Positions 56,095 to 64,000 of a DNA stretch of 64,000 nucleotides are shown here, piece by piece (the stretch's first letter is position 1; the number at the start of each line of letters is the position of its first letter). The stretch comes from Clostridia bacterium (lineage in GTDB: Bacteria; Bacillota; Clostridia; UMGS1883; UMGS1540), in contig JAFZQX010000010.1 in the NCBI GenBank assembly GCA_017620205.1, positions 5,534 through 69,533 of the forward strand, written 5' to 3'. Under the pieces are notes generated by a model, which saw nothing but the letters and a program-made list of their open reading frames with translations, was not told where the DNA came from and ran no database searches. A program made the translations under genes and the position numbers.

Positions 56095-56898
56095 ATGAAA
56101 AAATTTCTTGTAACATTACTTGCGGCACTTTTGGTGTTTAGTCTTTGTGCGTGCAACGCACCCGAAAGACCGACTGAAACGGCAGAAACAACGACTGAAT
56201 CCGATCTCGCTTACATAACAGAAAAAGGCACATTGGTTATCGGTATCACAGATTATGAGCCGATGAACTTTAAAGACGAAAGCGGAGAATGGACAGGCTT
56301 TGACACAGAGTTTGCTTATCTCGTAGGCGAAAAACTCGGTGTTGACGTTGAGTTTATCGAAATCGATTGGGACAACAAGCAGAACGAACTCAATTCCAAG
56401 TCTGTTGACTGTATCTGGAACGGTATGACTCTTACAGATGAAGTTATGTCTTCTATGGAAACAACAAAGCCTTACGTAATAAACGCACAGGTTGTTGTTA
56501 TGAACGCAGACAAGGTTTCCGAATATGCAGATGTTGATTCTCTTAAAGACCTTAAATTCTCTGTTGAAGCGGGAAGCGCGGGCGAAGAAGCTCTTACGGA
56601 AAACGGCATTGAAAACTTCACGGCAGTTAACACCCAGGCTGACGCTTTGATGGAAGTTGCATCCGGCTCTGCGGACGCTTGCGTTATTGATATCACAATG
56701 GCAAACGCTATGACAGGCGAAGGCACAAGCTACGAAAAGCTCACAGCAGGCCTCCCGCTTACGGAAGAAGAATACGGCATCGGCTTCAGAAAAGGTTCCG
56801 ACGCTGCTAAAGGTGTAGATGAAATAATTGACGAACTCAAGGCAGACGGTTCTTTAGAAGAACTTGCAGAAAAATACGAACTCACTCTCGCAGACTAA
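56095..56898 (+). CDS. Amino-acid ABC transporter substrate-binding lipoprotein
   Basis: Lipobox LVFSLCAC followed by an SBP_bac_3 domain. Confidence 0.8.
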   Translation: MKKFLVTLLAALLVFSLCACNAPERPTETAETTTESDLAYITEKGTLVIGITDYEPMNFKDESGEWTGFDTEFAYLVGEKLGVDVEFIEIDWDNKQNELNSKSVDCIWNGMTLTDEVMSSMETTKPYVINAQVVVMNADKVSEYADVDSLKDLKFSVEAGSAGEEALTENGIENFTAVNTQADALMEVASGSADACVIDITMANAMTGEGTSYEKLTAGLPLTEEEYGIGFRKGSDAAKGVDEIIDELKADGSLEELAEKYELTLAD

Positions 56899-56978
56899 TA
56901 TTTGATTCTATTTTCACAGAGCAGGGGCCTATGCGGTTCCCTGCTCTTGTGGCTTAAAAGGAAGGGCGACTGTACTTT

Positions 56979-57701
56979 ATGTTTATGTCTGTAACTGCGT
57001 CACTGGCCGAAGGCTTTTTAATGACGCTGAAAATTTTCGGGCTGACGCTTTTGTTTGCTCTGCCGCTTGGGCTTATTATAAGCTTTGGCTCCATGAGCAA
57101 AGTCCGCATTATAAAATGGATTGTTAAAGCGTTTGTATGGATTATAAGAGGCACTCCTCTTATGCTCCAGCTTATAATAATATATTACGGTCCCGGCCTG
57201 GCCGGAGAATGGGCAAAAGCTATGCCTGCGGAGGAGTTTAACGCCATTATTCTTCCATTGCGTTATATTGTGGCTTGGGTTTCTTCGTGGAGCGTTTTTG
57301 ACAGGTTTATAGCCGTAATGATAGCGTTTACAATAAATTACGCCTGTTACTTTTCCGAAATATTCCGCGGAGGCATTGAGGGGATACCGAAGGGGCAGTA
57401 TGAAGCGGGATATGTTCTCGGAATGAAAAAGAGCCAGGTCTTTTTCAAAATTGTATTGCCTCAGGTTATAAAACGCATAATTCCTCCCATGAGCAACGAG
57501 ATCATAACACTTGTTAAAGACACTTCTCTCGCACGCGTTATCGCGGTGTATGAAGTTATTTGGTCGGCGCAGGTTTACATAAAGCGCGGAGGACTTATCT
57601 GGCCCCTTTTCTATACGGGCGTGTTTTATCTGCTGTTCAGCGGCATCTTAACTTTGCTTTTCGGTTGGATAGAGAAAAAGCTTGATTATTATCATTCGTA
57701 A
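56979..57701 (+). CDS. Amino-acid ABC transporter permease
   Basis: EAA-like loop (ARVIAVYEVIWSAQVY region). 5 TM helices. Confidence 0.8.
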   Translation: MFMSVTASLAEGFLMTLKIFGLTLLFALPLGLIISFGSMSKVRIIKWIVKAFVWIIRGTPLMLQLIIIYYGPGLAGEWAKAMPAEEFNAIILPLRYIVAWVSSWSVFDRFIAVMIAFTINYACYFSEIFRGGIEGIPKGQYEAGYVLGMKKSQVFFKIVLPQVIKRIIPPMSNEIITLVKDTSLARVIAVYEVIWSAQVYIKRGGLIWPLFYTGVFYLLFSGILTLLFGWIEKKLDYYHS

Positions 57702-57713
57702 GGAGAGAGAATT

Positions 57714-58463
57714 ATGCCTATTCTTGAAGCTATCAATATAAGAAAAAGCTTCGGCAAGCTCGAGGTACTGAAGGGCATAAGCCTTTCCATAGAGCCGCGT
57801 GAGGTTATCGCGGTTATAGGACCCTCGGGTTCGGGCAAGAGCACTTTTTTGCGCTGCCTCAATAAGCTTGAAACGATAAACGACGGCACAATAAAGCTGG
57901 ACGGCGAAATTATAGCGGAAAATGCAGTTTATCCGCCCGAAGCGCAGCTCAGACCCGTTCTTAAAAAAATGGGAATGGTTTTTCAGCAGTTTAATCTGTT
58001 TCCGCATAAATCCGTTTTGCAGAATATAATTGAAGCGCCTGTGTGCGTTAACAACGTACCGAAAAACGAAGCGGTTGAAACGGCGAAAAAGCTGCTCTCT
58101 GACGTCGGGCTTTCCGAAAAAATAAATAACTATCCCTGCGAGCTTTCGGGCGGTCAGCAGCAGAGAGTTGCAATTGCGCGCGCTCTTGCGATGAATCCCG
58201 AAATAATGCTTTTTGACGAGCCCACATCGGCTCTCGATCCCGAGCTTACGGGCGAGGTTTTAAAGGTTATAAAAGCGCTTGCAGCTAAAAACATGACTAT
58301 GATTATAGTTACGCATGAGATGAGCTTTGCAAAGGAAGTGGCTGACAGGGTCGTTTTCATGGATGAAGGGAATATCATAGCAAACGATACTCCCGATAAG
58401 ATTTTCTCAAAGGATAATGAAACACCGAGAATTCAGGCGTTTTTAAGAAAATTTGAAGGATGA
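57714..58463 (+). CDS. Amino-acid ABC transporter ATP-binding protein
   Basis: Walker [13 protein letters not shown] signature [15 protein letters not shown]. Walker [12 protein letters not shown]. Confidence 0.85.
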   Translation: MPILEAINIRKSFGKLEVLKGISLSIEPREVIAVIGPSGSGKSTFLRCLNKLETINDGTIKLDGEIIAENAVYPPEAQLRPVLKKMGMVFQQFNLFPHKSVLQNIIEAPVCVNNVPKNEAVETAKKLLSDVGLSEKINNYPCELSGGQQQRVAIARALAMNPEIMLFDEPTSALDPELTGEVLKVIKALAAKNMTMIIVTHEMSFAKEVADRVVFMDEGNIIANDTPDKIFSKDNETPRIQAFLRKFEG

Positions 58464-59818
58464 CGGAAATGGATTATATAAAAGCCGTGCAAGATATTTC
58501 GCACGGCTCAAAGCTTGCGAAAATTTATACTTTCGGCTGTCAGCAGAATGAAAACGACAGCGAAAGAATAGCGGGAATTTTGTCCGACATGGGGTACGGT
58601 TTGACGGATGACGTAAACCGTGCCGATTTTGTTGTGTTCAATACTTGCGCCATACGCGAAAATGCCGAGAAAAAGGTTTACGGGATTTTGGGCTCTATAA
58701 AGCACGTAAAAGAAATGAAAAGGGAAATGATAATTGCCCTTTGCGGATGCATGGCAAACGAAGAGCACAACAGAGAAAAAATTAAAAAGACATTTAACTG
58801 GGTAGACATAGTATTCGGCACAAACAGCATTCACCGTCTGCCCGGGTTGTTATATGAAAGACTTCAGAGTAAAAAGCAGATAATTTCGGAGGACGAGGAT
58901 AACCAAGTTCATGAAGGAATTAAAACAAAGAGACAGAGCAAAATCCGCGCGGGCGTGCCTATTATGTACGGCTGTAACAACTTTTGTTCATACTGCATAG
59001 TGCCTTATGTCAGAGGCCGCGAGCGAAGCCGCAGCGAGGAAGATATACTTAAAGAAGTGGTAGAGGCAAAGCACGGCGGCTGTAAAGAGATAATGCTTTT
59101 AGGTCAGAACGTGAATTCCTACGGTGGCGGTGGCGATAATTTCGCGCGCCTTTTAGAGCATGTCAGTGATACGGGAATCGAGCGCATACGCTTTATGACG
59201 TCGCACCCGAAGGATATAAGCGAGAGCGTTATTAAAGTGATGGCGGAAAGAGACAATATCTGTAATTCCCTTCACTTGCCGCTTCAAAGCGGAAGCAGTA
59301 AAATCCTTAAGGCTATGAACCGCAAATATACGAAGGAATGGTATCTCGAAAAGGTAGATATGATAAAGAGTTATATCCCGGATATAGCGCTTACAACCGA
59401 TATTATAGTCGGCTTTCCGGGAGAGACAACGCCCGATTTTGAGGAAACGCTCGATGTTCTCGGCAAAGTTCGCTTTGATATGATTTATTCGTTTATATTT
59501 TCACCGCGCAAAGGCACTCCCGCGGAGAAAATGGAAGATGTTATTTCCGATGAAGAAAAGAAAAGAAACTTTGAAAGAATGCTCGATTTTCAAAATGAAA
59601 TTTCGCTTCAAAAAAATCTTGTCTTAAAAGATGCGGAAGAATATGTCCTCACTGAAGGTGAGAGCAAAACAAACAGCGATTTTATGACAGGCAGAACAGA
59701 GAGTAATAAGATAGTAAACTTCAAAGGCGATAAATCTTTGGAGGGCGAAATAGTTAAAGTTAAAATAACAGAAGTAGGAACATTTAGTCTGACCGGTGAA
59801 ATAAAAGGGCTGCGATAA
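58460..59818 (+). CDS. miaB: tRNA-2-methylthio-N6-dimethylallyladenosine synthase (MiaB-family radical SAM methylthiotransferase)
   Basis: UPF0004 N-terminal Cys triad, radical [11 protein letters not shown], and a C-terminal TRAM domain. Confidence 0.75.
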   Translation: MTEMDYIKAVQDISHGSKLAKIYTFGCQQNENDSERIAGILSDMGYGLTDDVNRADFVVFNTCAIRENAEKKVYGILGSIKHVKEMKREMIIALCGCMANEEHNREKIKKTFNWVDIVFGTNSIHRLPGLLYERLQSKKQIISEDEDNQVHEGIKTKRQSKIRAGVPIMYGCNNFCSYCIVPYVRGRERSRSEEDILKEVVEAKHGGCKEIMLLGQNVNSYGGGGDNFARLLEHVSDTGIERIRFMTSHPKDISESVIKVMAERDNICNSLHLPLQSGSSKILKAMNRKYTKEWYLEKVDMIKSYIPDIALTTDIIVGFPGETTPDFEETLDVLGKVRFDMIYSFIFSPRKGTPAEKMEDVISDEEKKRNFERMLDFQNEISLQKNLVLKDAEEYVLTEGESKTNSDFMTGRTESNKIVNFKGDKSLEGEIVKVKITEVGTFSLTGEIKGLR

Positions 59819-59886
59819 AATGCACAGACCGTAAAAGGCAAAGCCGGGTAAATTTTTAGTTTTAGCGTATATATATTAATAATTAA

Positions 59887-59918
59887 TATGAAAAAACCTG
59901 CCGTGAAGCAGGTTTTTT
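59887..59918 (+). terminator. Terminator after miaB
   Basis: aaaaaacctgc-cgtga-agcaggtttttttg. Confidence 0.6.
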
Positions 59919-60018
59919 TGATTTCATGCCTTTTACTATGAACAAACTTCGCCTCTCGGCGGAGGCTGACAGTGCCCGAGTCCGAACCGCCTATCAGCGG
60001 CTATTTTCTCTTCGCCCG

Positions 60019-60927
60019 TCAAACTGATTCATTGTGTTTTCCAATAGGCAGCTGCGCAATCACTATTGCAGCAAACATAAGCGTGCAGCCTATAAGTTCG
60101 CGGCTTGTAAGCGTCTGCCCTAAAACCACCCAGCCCGCGAGTGCGCCGAAAACGCTTTCAAGACACATCGCAAGGCTTGCAACCGTCGGGTTTAAGTCCT
60201 GCTGCGCTATAATCTGCAAAGTAAAGCCGATGGCGCCCGAAAAGATGCCCGCGTATAAGAGGGAGGGCATAGCTTCCATTATTGAGTCCCATGAAGGCTT
60301 TTCAAATATAAGCATACAAATTGTGCCGATTACGGCGGCTGTGAAAAACTGTATGCAGCTTAGCCTTACGCCGTCCGTTTGCGGCGAAAAGCGGTCAATA
60401 ACAAGAATGTGGCCCGAAAACAAAACCGCGCATAAAAGCACAAGTGCGTCGCCTTTTTGAAGAGAGAGCTTTTCTGACATACAAAGCAGGTAAAGTCCCA
60501 AAACTCCCAAAGCTACGCAAAACCAAATTTTGCCGCCCACCTTTTTCCCGACCAAAAGTCCGAAAAGCGGAACGATTATAACATATAAAGTTGTGATAAA
60601 GCTTGCTTTTGCCGTTGTGGTATATGCTATTCCCGCCTGCTGAAGGGAAGAGCCCGCGAAGAAGAAGAGCCCGCAAATTATACCGCCGCGGATAAGTAAA
60701 CGTCTGCCGTTTATTCTTTCTTCCTCGTTTTTAGGGCGGTAAGGGTTTACTTTTCCGTAAACCAGAACAACGGGAATAAGCGCTGTGGCCGCAATATAGC
60801 TTCTCGCCGCGAGAAAAGTAAACGTGCCTATTTTCTCCGCGCCTATACTCTGGGCAACAAACGTAGTTCCCCATACAAAAGCCGCTAAAACTAAAAGCAG
60901 AGTATTTCTAAGTTGTTTTAAGTTCAT
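60019..60927 (-). CDS. DMT (EamA) family transporter
   Basis: 10 TM helices in two EamA repeats. Start at MNLKQL after RBS AAAGGATG. Confidence 0.7.
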   Translation of the reverse strand: MNLKQLRNTLLLVLAAFVWGTTFVAQSIGAEKIGTFTFLAARSYIAATALIPVVLVYGKVNPYRPKNEEERINGRRLLIRGGIICGLFFFAGSSLQQAGIAYTTTAKASFITTLYVIIVPLFGLLVGKKVGGKIWFCVALGVLGLYLLCMSEKLSLQKGDALVLLCAVLFSGHILVIDRFSPQTDGVRLSCIQFFTAAVIGTICMLIFEKPSWDSIMEAMPSLLYAGIFSGAIGFTLQIIAQQDLNPTVASLAMCLESVFGALAGWVVLGQTLTSRELIGCTLMFAAIVIAQLPIGKHNESV

Positions 60928-60985
60928 TTTTTCATCCTTTGTGTTTATTCTATGGCATTTTATCATTTTTTGTGAGTAAAGTCAA

Positions 60986-61372
60986 CTAATTAATATAGTC
61001 TTCAAGCGTTTCACGCGCGTCCGACAGCGCGTCAAAACTTATGCCTTTATATAGCTTTTCGTAATCCTCGCGGCGAAGACCGTCTTTGTCAATGGGCTTT
61101 TCATCAATGACCTGCATACTGCCGTCGGCACTTATTTTATATATCATTATTTGCGTGTCGGTTAAAGTGAGCATGTATTTTTCGGAAACGGCAACAGGCT
61201 TTTTAGGCTTTTCCGTCTGTATAAACGAAGGCTCCGGGCTTTTGTTGTCAATTTCATAACCGGCGGCGAAATTATCTGCGCGCTTTTTTTCTGAAAAAGC
61301 AATTCCCGTTAAAGCGCCCATAAGGAGCGAAAGAGTAAAAAGCGTTGCGACAATAAGACCTTTGTTTGTCAT
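60986..61372 (-). CDS. Hypothetical membrane-anchored protein
   Basis: Start at MTNKGL after RBS GGAAAGGAAA, with a single N-terminal TM helix. Confidence 0.4.
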   Translation of the reverse strand: MTNKGLIVATLFTLSLLMGALTGIAFSEKKRADNFAAGYEIDNKSPEPSFIQTEKPKKPVAVSEKYMLTLTDTQIMIYKISADGSMQVIDEKPIDKDGLRREDYEKLYKGISFDALSDARETLEDYIN

Positions 61373-61596
61373 TTTGTGGTTTCCTTTCCGTATTATTAAA
61401 ACATAGGAGACTGCGTGCGAAAGCACACAGTAGTTCTTTTATATATTTTTTTCCAAAAAAACGCAGGATATACGAAAAAAAACTGTTTTTGTAATACTTT
61501 TTTAATTATTTGGGTGTAATATATAAAATAGATATATATGTATATTTGGCATACAGAGTATGACTTGTGATAAAAATCAATTGGGAGGCAAGCTTA

Positions 61597-64000
61597 ATGC
61601 GTAATATTTCAAGAATTATAACGCTGGCTCTTGCGTTGCTGCTTGCGGCGGCTGTCGGATTCGGAACTTTCTATCTTTCAAAAGTGGTTTTGTCATCGGA
61701 AGATATCGTTCTTGATTCAGTAAAACTTGACCAAACATCTTTTATATATGTCACAGACCCTAAAACAGGCAAACAGATTGAATATGACAGGATTTATGAC
61801 GAAGAAAACAGAATTTGGGTTGAATATGATAAAATACCCGAAGATATGGTAAACGCTTTTGTTTCCATTGAGGACGAGCGTTTTTATAAGCATCACGGGT
61901 TTGACGTTAAAAGACTTATGGGCGCGGCTTCGGCTTTCGTGTCGGAGAGCGATTCCGCATACGGCGCAAGCACGATAACGCAGCAGCTTGTTAAAAACAT
62001 TTCGGGCGATAACGAGAGAAGCATAGAGCGTAAAATTCAGGAAATATACAGAGCAGTCAGAGTTGAGCAGAAGTATTCAAAAGAGGAAATACTTGAGTTT
62101 TACTTAAATACGATTTTCCTCGGACACCAGTGCAACGGCATTCAGGCGGCGGCAAACAGATATTTTGATAAAGACGTTTGGGATTTAGACCTTGCGGAAA
62201 CGGCTTCTATCGCAGGCATAACCCAGTTCCCGACGAAATACGATCCTATTTTAAATCCCGAGAATAATAAGAAAAAGCAAGAGCTCGTCCTCAAAAAAAT
62301 GTATGAGCTCGGATATATCGATAAGTCAAGCTATGATAAAGCGGTTAAGGAAAAACTCGTATTCTGCAAAGAAGACAAAACCCGCGAGCTTAAAAAAACG
62401 CAGACGGAGTTCTCGGATGCAGTTATAAATGAAGTTCTGGAAGATTTGCAGACGGATCTCGGATATCCGAAACAAATAGCACTTAAAATGCTTTATGCGG
62501 GCGGCCTTAAAATAAATGCGAGCGTTGACCTGGAGATACAGGATACCATAAATGAGGTATACTCAAATCCGGAAAACTTCCCGGGCGGAACGGGCGATAA
62601 TATGCTGCAGTCGGCTATGGTTGTGATAGATCCGGAAACGGGATATATTGTCGGCATGAGTGGCGGCAGACCGAAAGCGGATGAAGGACACGACAGAATG
62701 CAGCTAAACCGCGCAACACAGTCGCTGAGGCAGCCGGGCTCATCCATTAAACCTATTGCCGTATACGGTCCCGCGCTTGAATACGGTATAATAGAGCCTA
62801 CATCAACCGTTGTTGACGAGCCTTTGACAATCGGCAAGTGGACGCCTAAAAACGCAAACAACAAATTCTCCGGTTCAATATCCATTATGAACGCGGTTAC
62901 ATGGTCGAGAAATATTCCGGCTATTAAAGTTTTGCAAAGTCTCGGCGTTGATAATTCTTTTGATTTTCTTACGAACCGCTTAGGCGTAACAAGTCTTGTT
63001 GAAGAGAGAAAAGTAGGCGATACGGTTTTAAGCGATAAAGGACTCGCGTCTCTTGCACTGGGCGGTCTCACGGACGGTATTTCGCCGCTTCAGATGGCGG
63101 GCGCATATTCTGCTTTCGCAAACGGCGGTATATACCATAAGCCGACAACTTATATAGACGTCCGCGACAGTGAAGGCAATATTATATTAAAAGGTGCGGA
63201 CGAGGGCAAAAGAGTTATGATGCCCGATACGGCATGGAAAATGACAACTATGCTCCGTAGCGTTGTGCAAAGCGGCACGGGAACCGGCGCTTATCTAAGT
63301 TCAGTTCCTGCTGCAGGTAAAACGGGCACCACGGATTCAGATAAAGACAGATGGTTTGTAGGCTATACGCCTTATTATGTGGGCGCCGTATGGTGCGGAT
63401 ACGATATTCCGAGACCTATGTACGGAATAGGCTCAAACCCGTCGGTGGCAATCTGGAGAAAGGTTATGAGTAAAGTCCACGAAGGAAAAGACAGGAAGGA
63501 CTTTGAAAAACCTGAAGATAACGACAATGTAGTTAAGATTTGTAAAGTAAGCGGCAAGAGGGCAACAGATCTTTGCGCGCTTGACATAAGAGGTTCGCAG
63601 GTTGAGTATGTAGACTTCAAAGGCAAGAAACCGCCGGAAGAAAAATGTACCGACCATAAGGAATACTTCCTCTGCTATTCTACAGGACTCAGAGCGAGAT
63701 CGGGCTGTCCCAGAAGAAGAGTTTCGGCTCTCGGCGTAGCGGACGCAACGCACGGCTTTAAAGACGGATATATAACGGCAGAATACTGTGCGCAGTATCA
63801 TGCGCAGTGGCATGAGGGCGAAGAAAGCTATACCATTTGTCTTGATTCGGGACTGTTGGCGGGACCTAACTGTAAAAGGACGAGGACGGTAACGGGAGAC
63901 GGTCATAACAAGCCTTCTCAGACGTGCTCCCTTGAACATCCCGAGGCGGAAAAACCCCAAAACGGCGAAAACACGGCACAGAATCAGAATAACAACAATG
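61597..64000 (+). CDS. Penicillin-binding protein 1A (bifunctional transglycosylase/transpeptidase), 3' end beyond the window
   Basis: ATG at 61597 after GGGAGG. GT51 motifs (EDERFYKHHGFD, GASTITQQL). Transpeptidase SxxK in QPGSSIKP. No stop before the window end. Confidence 0.8.
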   Translation, partial: MRNISRIITLALALLLAAAVGFGTFYLSKVVLSSEDIVLDSVKLDQTSFIYVTDPKTGKQIEYDRIYDEENRIWVEYDKIPEDMVNAFVSIEDERFYKHHGFDVKRLMGAASAFVSESDSAYGASTITQQLVKNISGDNERSIERKIQEIYRAVRVEQKYSKEEILEFYLNTIFLGHQCNGIQAAANRYFDKDVWDLDLAETASIAGITQFPTKYDPILNPENNKKKQELVLKKMYELGYIDKSSYDKAVKEKLVFCKEDKTRELKKTQTEFSDAVINEVLEDLQTDLGYPKQIALKMLYAGGLKINASVDLEIQDTINEVYSNPENFPGGTGDNMLQSAMVVIDPETGYIVGMSGGRPKADEGHDRMQLNRATQSLRQPGSSIKPIAVYGPALEYGIIEPTSTVVDEPLTIGKWTPKNANNKFSGSISIMNAVTWSRNIPAIKVLQSLGVDNSFDFLTNRLGVTSLVEERKVGDTVLSDKGLASLALGGLTDGISPLQMAGAYSAFANGGIYHKPTTYIDVRDSEGNIILKGADEGKRVMMPDTAWKMTTMLRSVVQSGTGTGAYLSSVPAAGKTGTTDSDKDRWFVGYTPYYVGAVWCGYDIPRPMYGIGSNPSVAIWRKVMSKVHEGKDRKDFEKPEDNDNVVKICKVSGKRATDLCALDIRGSQVEYVDFKGKKPPEEKCTDHKEYFLCYSTGLRARSGCPRRRVSALGVADATHGFKDGYITAEYCAQYHAQWHEGEESYTICLDSGLLAGPNCKRTRTVTGDGHNKPSQTCSLEHPEAEKPQNGENTAQNQNNNN

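Noticed and set aside
62493-63960. Minus-strand ORFs of 192 and 175 aa (62493-63071, 63433-63960)
   Set aside because: They are antisense to the well-supported PBP1A reading frame, which stays open from 61597 to the window end.
1-64000. CRISPR arrays, integrases, transposases, toxin-antitoxin or restriction-modification genes
   Set aside because: No regularly spaced direct repeats of CRISPR type are visible. None of the ORFs shows integrase, transposase or defence-system motifs. The mobile-looking signals are limited to the repeat structures reported above.

Overview
This window is a mostly housekeeping chromosomal segment from a spore-forming Clostridia-type Firmicute. spoIIE, sigH, type III glutamine synthetase and cohesin/dockerin modules together suggest Ruminococcaceae/Oscillospiraceae. 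All calls are read directly from the sequence and the ORF track; no searches were run.

The conserved gene runs, in window order:
- DUF512-der-plsY-gpsA-ispE (minus strand)
- smpB and rnr (minus)
- secG, glmM and glmS (minus), with a clear glmS ribozyme leader
- rlmD, a GGDEF protein, cysK and an SDR (plus)
- a permease-fused HD-GYP protein (minus)
- spoIIE, a DAHP synthase, and gatD/murT
- hlyIII, tlyA and dxs (minus)
- GSIII and citrate synthase (plus)
- sigH (minus)
- an FMN riboswitch-ribU unit, then trxA-prmA-rsmE (plus)
- an amino-acid ABC transporter and miaB (plus)
- a partial PBP1A running off the 3' end

Four tRNAs lie on the minus strand: Arg-ACG, Thr-GGT, Asp-GTC and Gly-CCC.

The features that look non-routine:
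- A roughly 650-nt GC-rich non-coding transcript sits under a near-consensus sigma-A promoter, directly upstream of a small 4-TM protein, dxs and tlyA. This is the canonical ole-oapA-dxs-tlyA arrangement, so it is a candidate OLE-like large ncRNA.
- A repeat-rich accessory patch lies between two inverted DUF975 paralogs, one of them frameshifted. It holds an SLH surface-protein gene broken by an in-frame TAG, a SWIM zinc-finger gene bracketed by 27-bp inverted repeats, and an inverted 25-nt tRNA-Thr fragment, next to the tRNA-Thr/Asp pair.
- The 3' end and terminator of tRNA-Arg are tandemly repeated.
- A cohesin-dockerin (cellulosome-type) gene pair contains a near-identical internal segment.
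- The gene pair encoding a decaprenyl-phosphate phosphoribosyltransferase-like enzyme and a large multi-TM membrane protein, and a block of secreted-protein genes, are AT-rich.
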